A stretch of 63,943 nt of DNA, filler included, from Collodictyon triciliatum (taxonomy: Eukaryota): assembly GCA_043381765.1 (NCBI GenBank). It is 8 parts of 8 records of this genome, joined end to end, with 100 filler letters (N's around TTAATTAATTAA, not from the genome) between each part and the next. Parts side by side here need not be neighbours in the genome. Positions count along the whole stretch, not along the records: positions 8,734 to 17,365 come from JBHJMP010003346.1; positions 17,466 to 26,095 come from JBHJMP010003347.1; positions 26,196 to 34,824 come from JBHJMP010003348.1; 5 more parts are not named here. One strand, given 5' to 3'. Under the pieces are notes generated by a model, which saw only the letters and a program-made list of their open reading frames with translations, was not told the DNA's origin and ran no database searches. Each line of letters opens with the position of its first letter. The stretch's first letter is position 1. The position numbers and the translations under genes were made by a program. Below, one piece after another: positions 11,701 to 26,597 of this stretch.

Positions 11701-14700
11701 AAGAATTATCATCGGAGTCTGGCCATGCTAGTTATTTTATTATTCAGTTGATAGATTTTATCCCAACATAAAATGCATGTAATCAATCATTGTAATACTT
11801 ACAATAAATACAATAATATCAGCTATATATTCGCTAATTAATTTTAATCGAGATGAATGGTCTGCATACAGGATCTGCATCGCTATGTCGTTGGTATTTG
11901 TAATATTCTTATTATGTATCGCCTTATGAATACTAAATCTACAAAAAAATCTTTAAATTGCGTATCTACTAGAGAAGCTTTGTTATCTGCAGATTCTTGG
12001 TATCCGTATTTTAAATTCCGTTTTAATTAAATCAATAGATACACTTTTGCATCAAATGTGAATTTTAAAAAACCAACTAACCAATATATGAACCATTATA
12101 ATATCCAAATCGAAAAACACATACCATATCTCCGCTAAAAACCAGTTTGCCGCTGAATGATGCACCACTCTATCCCCTTGACCGACCTGCAATCATTTGT
12201 CCACAGCTTCACGCCCATACCCCTCACCTAACAAGACCTTGCTCGTTTCTCCAAGTGAAATGATTTGTAGGTTTACCGCTTAATAAAGAAGCCTATATAA
12301 TAGTTAATCGTTGTTAAATCATCTAAATTAGTTTAATTTTCTCCCTTGGTTATTTAGATATCGATTTATCAAATCCAACAAACCCACCCTCCCCCTTCCA
12401 ATTGCAAATCAATCAGAGGTTATAAGACGCATACCGATATTCGTTTTTGTATTGCCCCGACTAACCAAGGATTTGGTGGACAGTTCACGTCCTTTTTATT
12501 TTTTCGATTATTATCATTCACGTATATTCATAAAATCCTTTTATGTATCCAAATATGTCTCGTATATTTCTGTTGATTTACTGAATGATTTATCTATCTA
12601 ATCCACCTTATACATTATGACTTCTATGATTGTTTCATATTGATGATTCTATTATATGATTAAGTCTGATATTGTTCACTTTATTATGTTTGGTCAAAAT
12701 ATGGTCGAGTACTAGAATTAAATGTGATTACAATTTAATTTATTTATGTATTATTCATCAATTTTCAACTAGATAGATTATCTCTGTATTGATGCACACG
12801 TAAAATACCTCAATGACTAAATTTTCAATTATTAATTACCTTTGAAACGATTGTGCTAGTAAATTTATTAATATTCAGACCTTTGTTGCCTTTCTTATAC
12901 ATTAATAATTATAATTTGTATCAAAAATCTAGTACTAACCTTTGTGTAATAGACTTATTCTATTCAGAGCTCCAAAGAACCTTTATAGCACATAGTCTAC
13001 AAATTCTCAATGATATATAGGATTTACATAAAATATATCACTATTAATAGCCAAAATAATAAAACAATTTTTTATCAGTGTGCTTTGATTTTGATTAGTA
13101 TTGCTAGTTTTAGTTCTATGAATCATATTAATATGGCTACTGTGACAAATATGCCATTTAAAGAGAGGTTATTTGAAAATCATTTTATTTGAGACTTATG
13201 AAAGAGAATGAGATAATAATCGATATGAATCAGGAAAATAAATGCAAAATAATACTGAAACTGGTTTTGAATCATGAAATCTACTAGAGATGATATCCAA
13301 TATTCACACAACATATTTTTATATTGCAATCATTTGTTAATAAAATTTTACCGAATATTAGGATGTAGTTCATCTCTTGGGCCCCTATTTTGGGCGTGGA
13401 TGGTTATACTTCAAGGGATAAAATATTTTATATTTTATATTTTATATTTAATCAATCATATAGTTGACTGAAAGACAATTTGCTAAGTTATATTAAATCA
13501 TTATTATAATTTCAATCAGAGATTATCGAAATCCGTGTTCTAAAGAAAATATTTTTGTTTGCGTGTATGATATTTATTCGATGTAGTCAAGCGTACGGAT
13601 TTATTTTTATCATTGAATCAGTATAAGTTATCGAATAATATAACTATCTTACAGTGATGAGTATCTGATGAATGATATGTATAGATATTATACGGAAACA
13701 AAAAACGAATTGAATTAGTATATCTCTCGATTTATAAAATATGCACATTATGATGGTGAATAATTAATAACTTGATTAATTTTTATTGGAATTTCTTGAA
13801 ATTCATTGTTATCATTTATATGAATATTAATATAAATGTTCAACAAATAAAGCAATTTTTTTAAGGATGCCACTGGTTCTGGTTAAGAATAGTTTCTGAT
13901 ATTATTTTTTTATTATATTCATATGATGAAGAATCTATTAATACTTGCACTTAAATTAATTATCGTATATCATTTCAATTTTAATGTCATTCCCATACAT
14001 CTTTCATAATTAATAAATTTGTGAATCGATTTCTTATTAAAATTATATTTCATTAAATCCTTATTATTTTCAAACATTTTATTATTCGTTCATCCAATTT
14101 TGTAATTCTGGCGATACAAAAAAACAATTAATAATTCATAGATATTATTTTTATCGATCAATTAAAATAAATAGGAATTTTTTGTAGACTAAGGAGCTGT
14201 TATACAGAATACCTTATGGAACTACCAATATATTAATATTTCCAGTTTAATCAAGTTCTATATGCGACATATATAGGCATAATTGAAGTAGTTAATCGAA
14301 GTATTTTCCTATAAGGTATTTTGCACTTAATTTGGACGTACAATTAATTTCTTGGTATGCATCTGTAACACGTACATGTTTTATCATTACAAATATTTTT
14401 TAAATTGCGTTAATAATTAGATTTCAAAATATTATATATGATAAAAATTATTTTAATTTAAAAGTGAATTTTTTTGGCGTAAGTGGTTCCTCTGTAATAT
14501 TATCATCTATGGTACATCCGATGATTAAATTTTATTGATAAAATATTAAAATCAAAGGTATTGGTCCGAACTAAAACCATTTGGTTAAACATATCACTTA
14601 AATCTTAGTACAAATTATTTTCCATTACTGTTTTTACATGTGTTAATAAGTCACTAGGATACTGTGAATGTGTTTCTCAATATATATTCTTTATTTTAAT

Positions 14701-15206
14701 CTCAAACTTTAAAATTCTCACGAAGATAAATACTCAATTAACAATTTTTTGATAAATTTTCCATAAAAATACCGCACCGTTATATGCATATAATTGATAA
14801 TAACGCCACAGCTTTTTTAAAAAAGGAATAGATTAAAAAACTGATAATTTTTATTCTTATGAATCAATCAAGATGTATAGAAAAGATTATTTCGCCGATT
14901 CATTTTGAATTAAGTTTGTTGTACTTTTTTTTGATAAATTTCATGAATTAATCTGATTCAGTCGCAATAATATGAAATAAAATTGTAAAAAATTTTCAAT
15001 TAATACGAAAAATAGTTCTACATTTTGGTATTAATATATATGAATTTATTTAAAATTTTTGTTGGTTTATCGCTATATATTTTTAAATTTATCAAAAAAT
15101 GCTCTAAGAATTCAATGTTACATGACCAAGCGAATATTTTGAGATGAAAATATACTTTCTAAAATTTATTAGAGAACTTTTTTTAACACACCATACTATT
15201 TGTAGA

Positions 15207-17365
15207 ATGGAATTGAACTCAGAGTTTCTTCCAGTCGTGTTGTTATTAGGTCTTTAATTCGCCACAATCAAATTTGTGTTTTTATGTATTGGTTTAAGAA
15301 AAAATAAAATTTTATAATATGTTCAGGATCGGTAATTCTCTTCTGTCAAGTGTCTCAAGTTGAGGGGGAGGAAAATTTTCTGATTCGTACATTGACTGGT
15401 CATACTGGAGAGGTTTTAAGTGTTCCTGTTACTCCTGATAATTTAAATATCATAACTGGAAGTCGAGATAATACAGTCAAAATTTGGAATCTTTCTGACG
15501 GAACTTTGATTCGCACATTGATTGGCCATAATGGTGCTGTTTACAGTGTTGTAATTACTCCTGATGGCTCAAAAATTGTCGCTGGGGATCATTTAGACTA
15601 CATTAAAATTTGGAATCTTTCTGACGGAACTTTGATTCGTACATTGTCTGGTCATACATATGATATTTATGGTGTCGCTGTTACTCCTGATGGTTCAAAA
15701 ATTGTTTCTGGAAGTGTCCAAGAAATCATTATTTGGAATCTTTCTGATGGAGCTTTGCTTCGTTCATGGCCGATAGGTGTCTCCAGTATTGCTCTCACTC
15801 CTGATGGCTCAAAAATTGTTTCGGGAGGACGAGATAATGCAATCATAATTTGGAGTCTTTCTGATGGAGCTTTGCTTCGCACATTGACTGCTCATTCTGG
15901 TAGTGTTCTTAGTGTCGCCATTACTCCTGATGGTTCAAAAATTGCCTCTGGAAGTACTGATAATACAATCAAAATTTGGAATCTTTCTGATGGAGCTTTG
16001 CTTCTCACGTTGACTGCTCATTCTGGTAGTGTTCTTAGTGTCTCTGTTACTCCTGATGGTTCAAAAATTGCCTCTGGAAGTACTGATAATACAATCAAAA
16101 TTTGGAATCTTTCTGATGGAGCTTTGCTTCTCACGTTGAATGGTCATTCTGGTAGTGTTTTTAGTGTCTCTGTTACTCCTGATGGTTCAAAAATCATCTC
16201 TGGAGGCGAGGATAATACTATTAAAATCTGGGGATTTTGTATCGCTGGTCAGTTTTATGATTCAGCTCCAAAATCTTGTCAACTATGTTCATTCGGGAGC
16301 TATAGTGCTGCAGGAACGTCATCTTGCTCTTTGTGTCCCACTGGAACTTACAACCCATTTACTGGCTCATCGAGTATCGATTCATGTCTGTCATGCCCAG
16401 CTGGTACTTACAACCCATCGAATGGCTCATCAAGTATCGAGTCATGTCTTTCTTGTGCATCTGGTACATACAACCCATCGAATGGCTCATCAAGTATCGA
16501 TTCATGTCTTTCTTGTGCAACTGGCACATACAATCCATTTATGGGTCAATCTGCTTGTCTTTCATGTGCAGCTGGTACGTACAATCCATCGACTGGCTCA
16601 TCGAGTATCGATTCATGTCTTTCATGCCCAGTTGGTACTTACAACCCATCGAATGGCTCATCGAGTATCGATTCATGTCTGTCATGCCCAGTTGGTACGT
16701 ACAATCCATCGAATGGCTCATCGAGTATCGATTTCTGTCTTTCGTGCGCAGCTGGTTCATACAACCCATCGACTGGCTCATCAAGAATCGATTTCTGTCT
16801 TTCGTGTGCAGCTGGTACATACAACCCATCGACTGGCTCATCGAGTATCGATTTCTGTCTTTCGTGTGCAGCTGGTACATACAACCCATCGACTGGCTCA
16901 TCGAGTATCGATTCATGTCTTTCTTGTGCATCTGGTACATATAATCCATCGACTGGCTCATCAAGTATCGATTCATGTCTTTCTTGTGCATCTGGTACAT
17001 ATAACCCATCGACTGGCTCATCGAGTATAGATTCATGTCTGTCATGCCCAGCTGGTACGTATAATCCATCATACGGTTCATCAAGTATCGATTCATGTCT
17101 TTCATGCCCAGCTGGTACTTACAATCCATCATATGGTTCTACAAACTCAACCTCTTGTATTTCATGTGCTCCTGGAACATATAATCCAACTTCCGGGCAG
17201 CTTTCTTGCATAACATGTGGCCCTGGAACATACAATCTAAACCATGCATCTAAAAGTATATATGATTGCAAGTGCATTCCCACATTTTATCTGCACGGAA
17301 AAAGTAGGCAGTGTATCAAGTGCCCCTATGGGTTCATTTGCGATGGCACCAGTGATGTTAAGGTA
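15207..17365 (+). CDS. Secreted/surface protein: signal peptide, 7 WD40 repeats, ~16 Cys-rich (GCC2/GCC3, ephrin-receptor/TNFR-like) repeats; 3'-truncated
   Basis: Exon 15207..15249 plus an intron ending at 15326 give the in-frame leader MELNSEFLPVVLLLGSVILFCQVSQVEG. GH...WN/WS WD40 repeats of ~42 aa follow, then CxxGTYNPxxGSSSIDSCLS repeats. Confidence 0.88.
15380..16232 (+). repeat. Coding WD40 tandem repeat, 126-bp unit, 7 copies (units 5-7 nearly identical)
   Basis: Repeated ...actcctgatggttcaaaaattg...aaaatttggaatctttctgatggagctttg... Confidence 0.9.
16330..17235 (+). repeat. Coding 60-bp tandem repeat (20-aa Cys-rich unit), ~16 copies
   Basis: Successive 60-column lines align almost exactly (tgtgcagctggtacatacaacccatcgactggctcatcgagtatcgattcatgtctttc). 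Confidence 0.93.
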
Positions 17366-17465
17366 NNNNNNNNNNNNNNNNNNNNNNNNNNNNNNNNNNN
17401 NNNNNNNNNTTAATTAATTAANNNNNNNNNNNNNNNNNNNNNNNNNNNNNNNNNNNNNNNNNNNN
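17366..17465. other. Artificial contig-joining spacer
   Basis: N44-TTAATTAATTAA-N44. Confidence 0.97.
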
Positions 17466-17568
17466 ATTTCTGTATTTCTGTATTTCTGTATTTCTGTATT
17501 TCTGTATTTCTGTATTTCTGTATTTCTGTATTTCTGTATTTCTGTATTTCTGTATTTCTGTATTTCTG
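17466..17568 (+). repeat. (ATTTCTGT)n repeat at contig end
   Basis: Direct inspection. Confidence 0.92.
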
Positions 17569-17666
17569 CATTCACTTGTATATAAATGTGAGTCTTGCAC
17601 GGAAACCTATCCATACTTTTGTTTGCCATCGTGTATTTTGAAAGCTCTTTCTTATTTTTCACTTAG

Positions 17667-18569
17667 TCACAGAAGTCCGGCAGCATGGTGCAACTTTTTA
17701 TCAGTATTGTAACAGAAGGTCCAACCAAAGTTTTGAAGTTTTCTGAAAATATGTCTGACTCGTCCAAAGAAATTTTGAGTAAGCAGGTGAGTTCGTCCCC
17801 AATTTAATTATTATACTTAAAGATGAAATAAATGTGAAAAATATGGTGCTGAGTGACATCTGGGAACATCATATCCTCCAACTATCAAAAATTAAATTTG
17901 TTTTATGTAAAATCATTTATATGTATGATATTGTTGTTATTATTATCTGTGTTGCTCACTGACTGTATTTTTATTTTTTTTTTTTGCTTTCTTTTAAATC
18001 AGGTACAAACGCCTACCATGAAAATTAATCTATCAGTAAATTGCGTTGGCTTTTCTTTTATCACGTCGACACCAGAGGATTTAGCATATCTAACTATCAA
18101 GAAAGTGAATATCACTGTTGGTAAATCAACAGACATGAAACAGTTTGAGGTGAAGTTTGGAGATATTCAGGTTGGTATCAAATTTTATTTGATGTCGACA
18201 GCAAGTTGTATCAGTTCCTTTTAATATAGCGGACTTTCTCATGGTAGCTGTATTTGATATCTCATTGAAACTCAAAAAAATCATAAAATTCACAAAAAAA
18301 AAAAAAATTAATTAAAAAATATGTAATTTTCACAGATGGATGACCAAAGAGCTAACGCAAACTCACAAGTTCTGCTTTGGTCTCGAAAGGTACAAGGACC
18401 TGCAGTTCATATCGTCATGGTCCAGTCTCTGATGTGTAAGCCCATCATATATTTATTTATCTAATTTCAATCCTTCACAATTTTGGTAATCACAGTATTC
18501 AAAAAATAATGTTTGCAGACATTACCCAAATCCCAAGCAATATCAAGTTTTTCTAAAAGAGATAATACG

Positions 18570-18668
<99 letters not shown>

Positions 18669-21600
18669 GTGAAATATTCCTGTGGTTCAAGAATTACAAT
18701 TGTATGTATCATGATGGTATTGAAAATAGAGAAAAGAAGAAAAAACTCACGTAAGTACTATAGATACGGACATCAAATACTTCCAGTATGTTTCTTTACT
18801 ATGCCAAGAGCTTGAAGTAGTTGTGGACTCTCGTTTGGTGTATGATTTCTATCACCTCTTTTTCGGAAAGAAGACAAAACGCAGAAAATTGAGCGAGTAA
18901 GTTTGTTAAGACTGCAAAATCACGAGAAAAATGTATCGGTTGAGAGTTTGTAAATGCCATTATTTATGCAACCCCTTTTTTCATTTTTTTTCATTTTTTC
19001 ATATGGTATTTTTTTCTTATGTTATTAACCAATTTGCACATTACAATATCCTTCGAAAAAAATTATTCTTTCTTTGTTACTATTTCATGGTAGGTTTCAT
19101 CTGAGGTCGAAATACGACGATATATTTGTTGAGCTTCTCCATCTTCACCCAATACAAATGTGCATCAGTTTCAATCCAAACTCTAGTGCATATGAAAAAT
19201 TGTGCGTAATTTGTATTCAAATCATCGCCTTATATGAATTGAAATCACGATGATATCAAATATAACTGAAAGTAGAATCTAACTTTTACAAACATCTCTT
19301 ACAGATATCCAGAACTGTATCATCTTTTCAAAGCAACCAGCCGTATTAGAAATGCAACTCTCCAATTAAATGCACTGGTGCTCGAGAACCCATTCGACCA
19401 ACCGAAAAATATTGCGCGGAGAGTAAGCCAGCATTACAAATGGCAAATTGCATCCGGGGTTTGTCTTCATTAAGTCTCTGATATATCACCTTAGTCGCAG
19501 AATCTACGGGCTGTATATTGGTGGGTGCAAGAAACAGGGAAGCTAACGTATATATTTATGTAGCTTCATAAGCTCTTTGGATCTACTGATGTTTTGGGCG
19601 ATCCATTTGGAATGCAGCAGAATAATGGAAATGGTATTTGTCTATTCTACATTGTTATCCTGCGTTAAGAAAAAATCATGACATATTTCTGCTGTTTTTT
19701 CGAGTAAAATAATTAAAAGCGGTACATCCACAGCATTCTGACATTACTAAACTGCATGATTCTTATTTTAGGAGCTTTTGATTTCTTTTACGAGCCTGCA
19801 TTTGGTACTGTTAAGGGACCCGAGGCTTTTGCCCGGGGGTTAGCTCGTGTGAGTCTAGTTTTATCGCCTATTTCTCATAGTTCTGTTTGGATTGATGTAA
19901 CTGTCTTCTTCATGTATTATCAGGCCGTTTTTTCAGTATTATTGCACTTTTCTGACAATCCCATAGCTCTTCTAAAATAATTCTAAATGTTCCCCTTCTC
20001 TATTTCTTTCCCTACTTATTGCCAAATTTGAAAATAGGGTACCATTAACTTAATTCGAAGCTCTATCCATGGAGCGTTCGGTTCCACAATTGCGGCTAAT
20101 GGCTCGCTGAGCGGTTATTTTAACTGTGATGCAACTTCAATTTGTTGTTATTGTTGTTATAACTGAGTAGATTAACACAAAAACACTGCTTTAACTGGCA
20201 CTTCATTTTCATTGTATCAATTCATGCGCTAATCTTAACAAAATATCATATATGTTAGATTATCATTTGTACCAACCTGACTACCGTGGGGAAATGGCAG
20301 AATCGAGCAAGTCGCCTCGATACAAGCCAAGTGCTAATGGTGGGATGGAAATAGTTCATTATAAAATTTGTCTGTAATACTCAAATCAGATAAATCAGGA
20401 GGAGAACAAGTGAAGGATATGCGGAGAAGCGAAGGAAAGGATTTACCTGAGTATGTGTGACTCCAGAAATGATCATCTATTTTGTTTTATTTCTCTATTC
20501 TCTTTCTCTACTCTCTGTCAGACATAACTAAATAGATGAACTAATACATGTTTGATTGTTTTTATAGTTCAATGGGCAAATCCAACACCGGGGTCATTAA
20601 CCTTTCGATGAGAAGCACGTTGGGTTTTCGGCTAGCATCTTCGAACTCTCGCGCACCAGCACCAGTTCGCTTGCCTCGCATGATTAGCGCAGACGGACGA
20701 ATTCGAGTGAGCTTTTCCACCACCGAGCTTGATTTGATATTGAGGGAGAAACCTATATTAGCTAATTAACCGAATGTTCGAGGAATCGTCATCCGATAAT
20801 AAACATTGAATACTACGTACAAATTCACACATAATATGCTGACATGTTTTAATGTAGCCATATTCCAATCTCGAAGCACAAGGCCAGAAACTGCTGTTTG
20901 ACTTGAAAGAAAGGCCCATCTCAGAGTATTACATCGGCCACAGTGTTCTGGACCAGCAGGGGCGTATATGCTTTATCACAAACCAGTATGTTTTGGCTTA
21001 TGGCAACGAGATTTTCTTTGTGTAAATGCTTTGGCTGTGGACGTTTATTTACTATGTGTCAATTTATGAACATGCTCAATATTTTATTGTTATTCCTCCT
21101 TTTGATTTGTGCAAGATGATGGATGTTTTGGCCAACATACTCAGTACTATACATTCTGCATATGACTTTGTTTGTTTTTCATTTTGTACAAAGAATTCAG
21201 ATGCATCCGCCTTATTCATTTTTAAAAAAAAAAATACCAGTGCTGTTATAATCACGAAGAAGAATGGGAATGAGGTTGAGAACAGGGTTGGATTGAGAGG
21301 TATGAACATTATGACCAGACTTTGGATTTGGCTACTTATTCCGTTTTACAAATATTGTTATATTTGTTTTGTTGTTTTATTTTTTATTTTTTATTTTGTT
21401 TTATTTTTTATTTTGTTTTATTTTTTATTTTGTTTTATTTTTTATTTTTATTTTGTTTTATTTTTTATTTTTATTTTGTTTTATTTTTTATTTTTATTTT
21501 GTTTTATTTTTTATTTTTATTTTGTTTTATTTTTATTTTGTTTTATTTTTTATTTTGTTTTATTTTTTATTTTGTTTTATTTTTATTTNNNNNNNNNNTT

Positions 21601-21964
21601 TGTTTTATTTCTTTGTTTCTTTGTTTCTTTGTTTCTTTGTTTCTTTGTTTCTTTGTTTCTTTGTTTCTTTGTTTCTTTGTTTCTTTGTTTCTTTGTTTCT
21701 TTGTTTCTTTGTTTCTACTGGAAGGAGACAAAGAATTTCAAAACACAGCGATTTTAAAATTACGAATGTGTAGACATTAGTATCATCGAAATCACACCAC
21801 CGGAAGTAATCACTCTCATCAAGAGCTCTGAGAACCAGCCATCATCAAGCAGAATCATGCAGTTCACCACCGTGCAAATCAAATGCACACAAGTGCCAGT
21901 GTTGATGCATATTTATCGGACAATCGTCGCAGCCATCAACGCAAACGTCAAGGAATCTCTGTAG
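17667..21964 (+). CDS. VPS13: VPS13-family lipid transfer protein, C-terminal part (5'-truncated), many exons
   Basis: Exons read ISIVTEGPTKVLKF; INLSVNCVGFSFITSTPEDLAYLT...DIQ; KYFQYVSLLCQELEVVVD; FVELLHLHPIQMCISF; LQLNALVLENPF..VSQHY; KLFGSTDVLGDPFG; DFFYEPAFGTVKGPEAFARGLA; VRLPRMISADGRIR-PYSNLEAQG; stop ...NVKESL* at 21964. Confidence 0.88.
18570..18668 (+). repeat. (ATT)n intronic microsatellite
   Basis: Direct inspection. Confidence 0.92.
21370..21715 (+). repeat. T-rich compound repeat and (TTTCTTTG)n, intronic
   Basis: Direct inspection. Confidence 0.85.
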
Positions 21965-22209
21965 AATCCACACCATAGATTAAATCCCATACAGTCGTAT
22001 GCGCATGTTGCAACCAAATAAAATTGCGCCGAACGTAAATTATGGTCAAAACGTCAAGGAATATTGTTCCGAAGGGACGGCTGCGACGCTCGACGGTAGC
22101 AGGAAGCCGAATGAAAAAATTGTAGTCATCCCAAACAACATGATTATAATTACAATATTTCATTTTTCATGGGTGTATCTTTTTATCTCCTTTGTCTTTT
22201 AATATCTAT

Positions 22210-22520
22210 CTATTTTGTATTATTTCTATTTTGTATTATTTCTATTTTGAATTATTTCTATTTTGTATTATTTCTATTTTGTATTATTTCTATTTTGTAT
22301 TATTTCTATTTTGTATTATTTCTATTTTGTATTATTTCTGTTTTGTATTATTTCTATTTTGTATTATTTCTATTTTGTATTATTTCTATTTTATATTATT
22401 TCTATTCTGTATTATTTTATTTTGTATTATTTTTATTTTGTATTATTTTTATTTTGTATTATTTTTATTTTGTATTATTTTTATTTTGTATTATTTTTAT
22501 TTTGTATTATTCCTATTTTG
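22210..22520 (+). repeat. 16-bp minisatellite (TATTTTGTATTATTTC)n between convergent VPS13 and RIO2
   Basis: Direct inspection. Confidence 0.88.
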
Positions 22521-22577
22521 CATTTTCAATCACAGGAGTTGGGCTTGTTGGGCTTTTTTTGGCACTGTTTATTTTGT

Positions 22578-25820
<3,243 letters not shown>

Positions 25821-26095
25821 CCTGTAAGCAGAAGTTGCGGCTTTCTCTCTGAAAAGTGGACAAGTCTTGGAAAAGGCATGGGGGTGAGCAGGGAAACTAG
25901 GAGGAACTTTTGGTTTTTTGGTTTTTTTTGGTTTTTTTTTTGGTTTTTTTGTTTTTTTTTTGGTTTTTTTTGGTTTTTTTTGGTTTTTTGGTTTTTTTTT
26001 GTTTTTTTTTTGGTTTTTTTGTTTTTTTTTTGTTTTTTTTTGGTTTTTTTTGGTTTTTTTTGGTTTTTTTTGGTTTTTTTTGGTTTTTTTTTGGT

Positions 26096-26195
26096 NNNNN
26101 NNNNNNNNNNNNNNNNNNNNNNNNNNNNNNNNNNNNNNNTTAATTAATTAANNNNNNNNNNNNNNNNNNNNNNNNNNNNNNNNNNNNNNNNNNNN
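26096..26195. other. Artificial contig-joining spacer
   Basis: N44-TTAATTAATTAA-N44. Confidence 0.97.
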
Positions 26196-26597
26196 AAAGA
26201 AAAAAAGAAAAGAAAAAAAGAAAAGAAAAAAAGAAAAGAAAAAAAGAAAAGAAAAAAAGAAAAGAAAAAAAGAAAAGAAAAAAAGAAAAAGAAAAGAAAG
26301 GAGGGAATAAAACAAAACTGTTTGTTCTAGCCCATGCTCTACATTCCAACCTTTGACGAATCGATTCTTACCCAGGTGTGTTGTTCAAACCTCTGAGAAA
26401 TTCAGGAGAGAATAGTTCCAACTCGAAGTGTAGAGCCTCACAATACTTTTTATTTTTATTTTTCTCTTTGTCTTGATTTTACCTTAGTTGCCGACTTCGC
26501 TTTTCCATCCTTTTTTTTTTTTAGCTGTTGTTTTATATTGTTTGTGCTTGGTCTCCTTGTTCGCTCTCTTCTTTTTTTTTTCTTTGACTCTACAGGA

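Noticed and set aside
16140-17132. Overlapping alternative-frame repeat ORFs (HRMAHRV, WYIQP, MSQSM)
   Set aside because: Shadow frames of the 60-bp coding repeat.
16330-17235. CRISPR-like regular repeat array
   Set aside because: The units are contiguous with no unique spacers, they are in-frame coding, and the context is eukaryotic with no cas genes.
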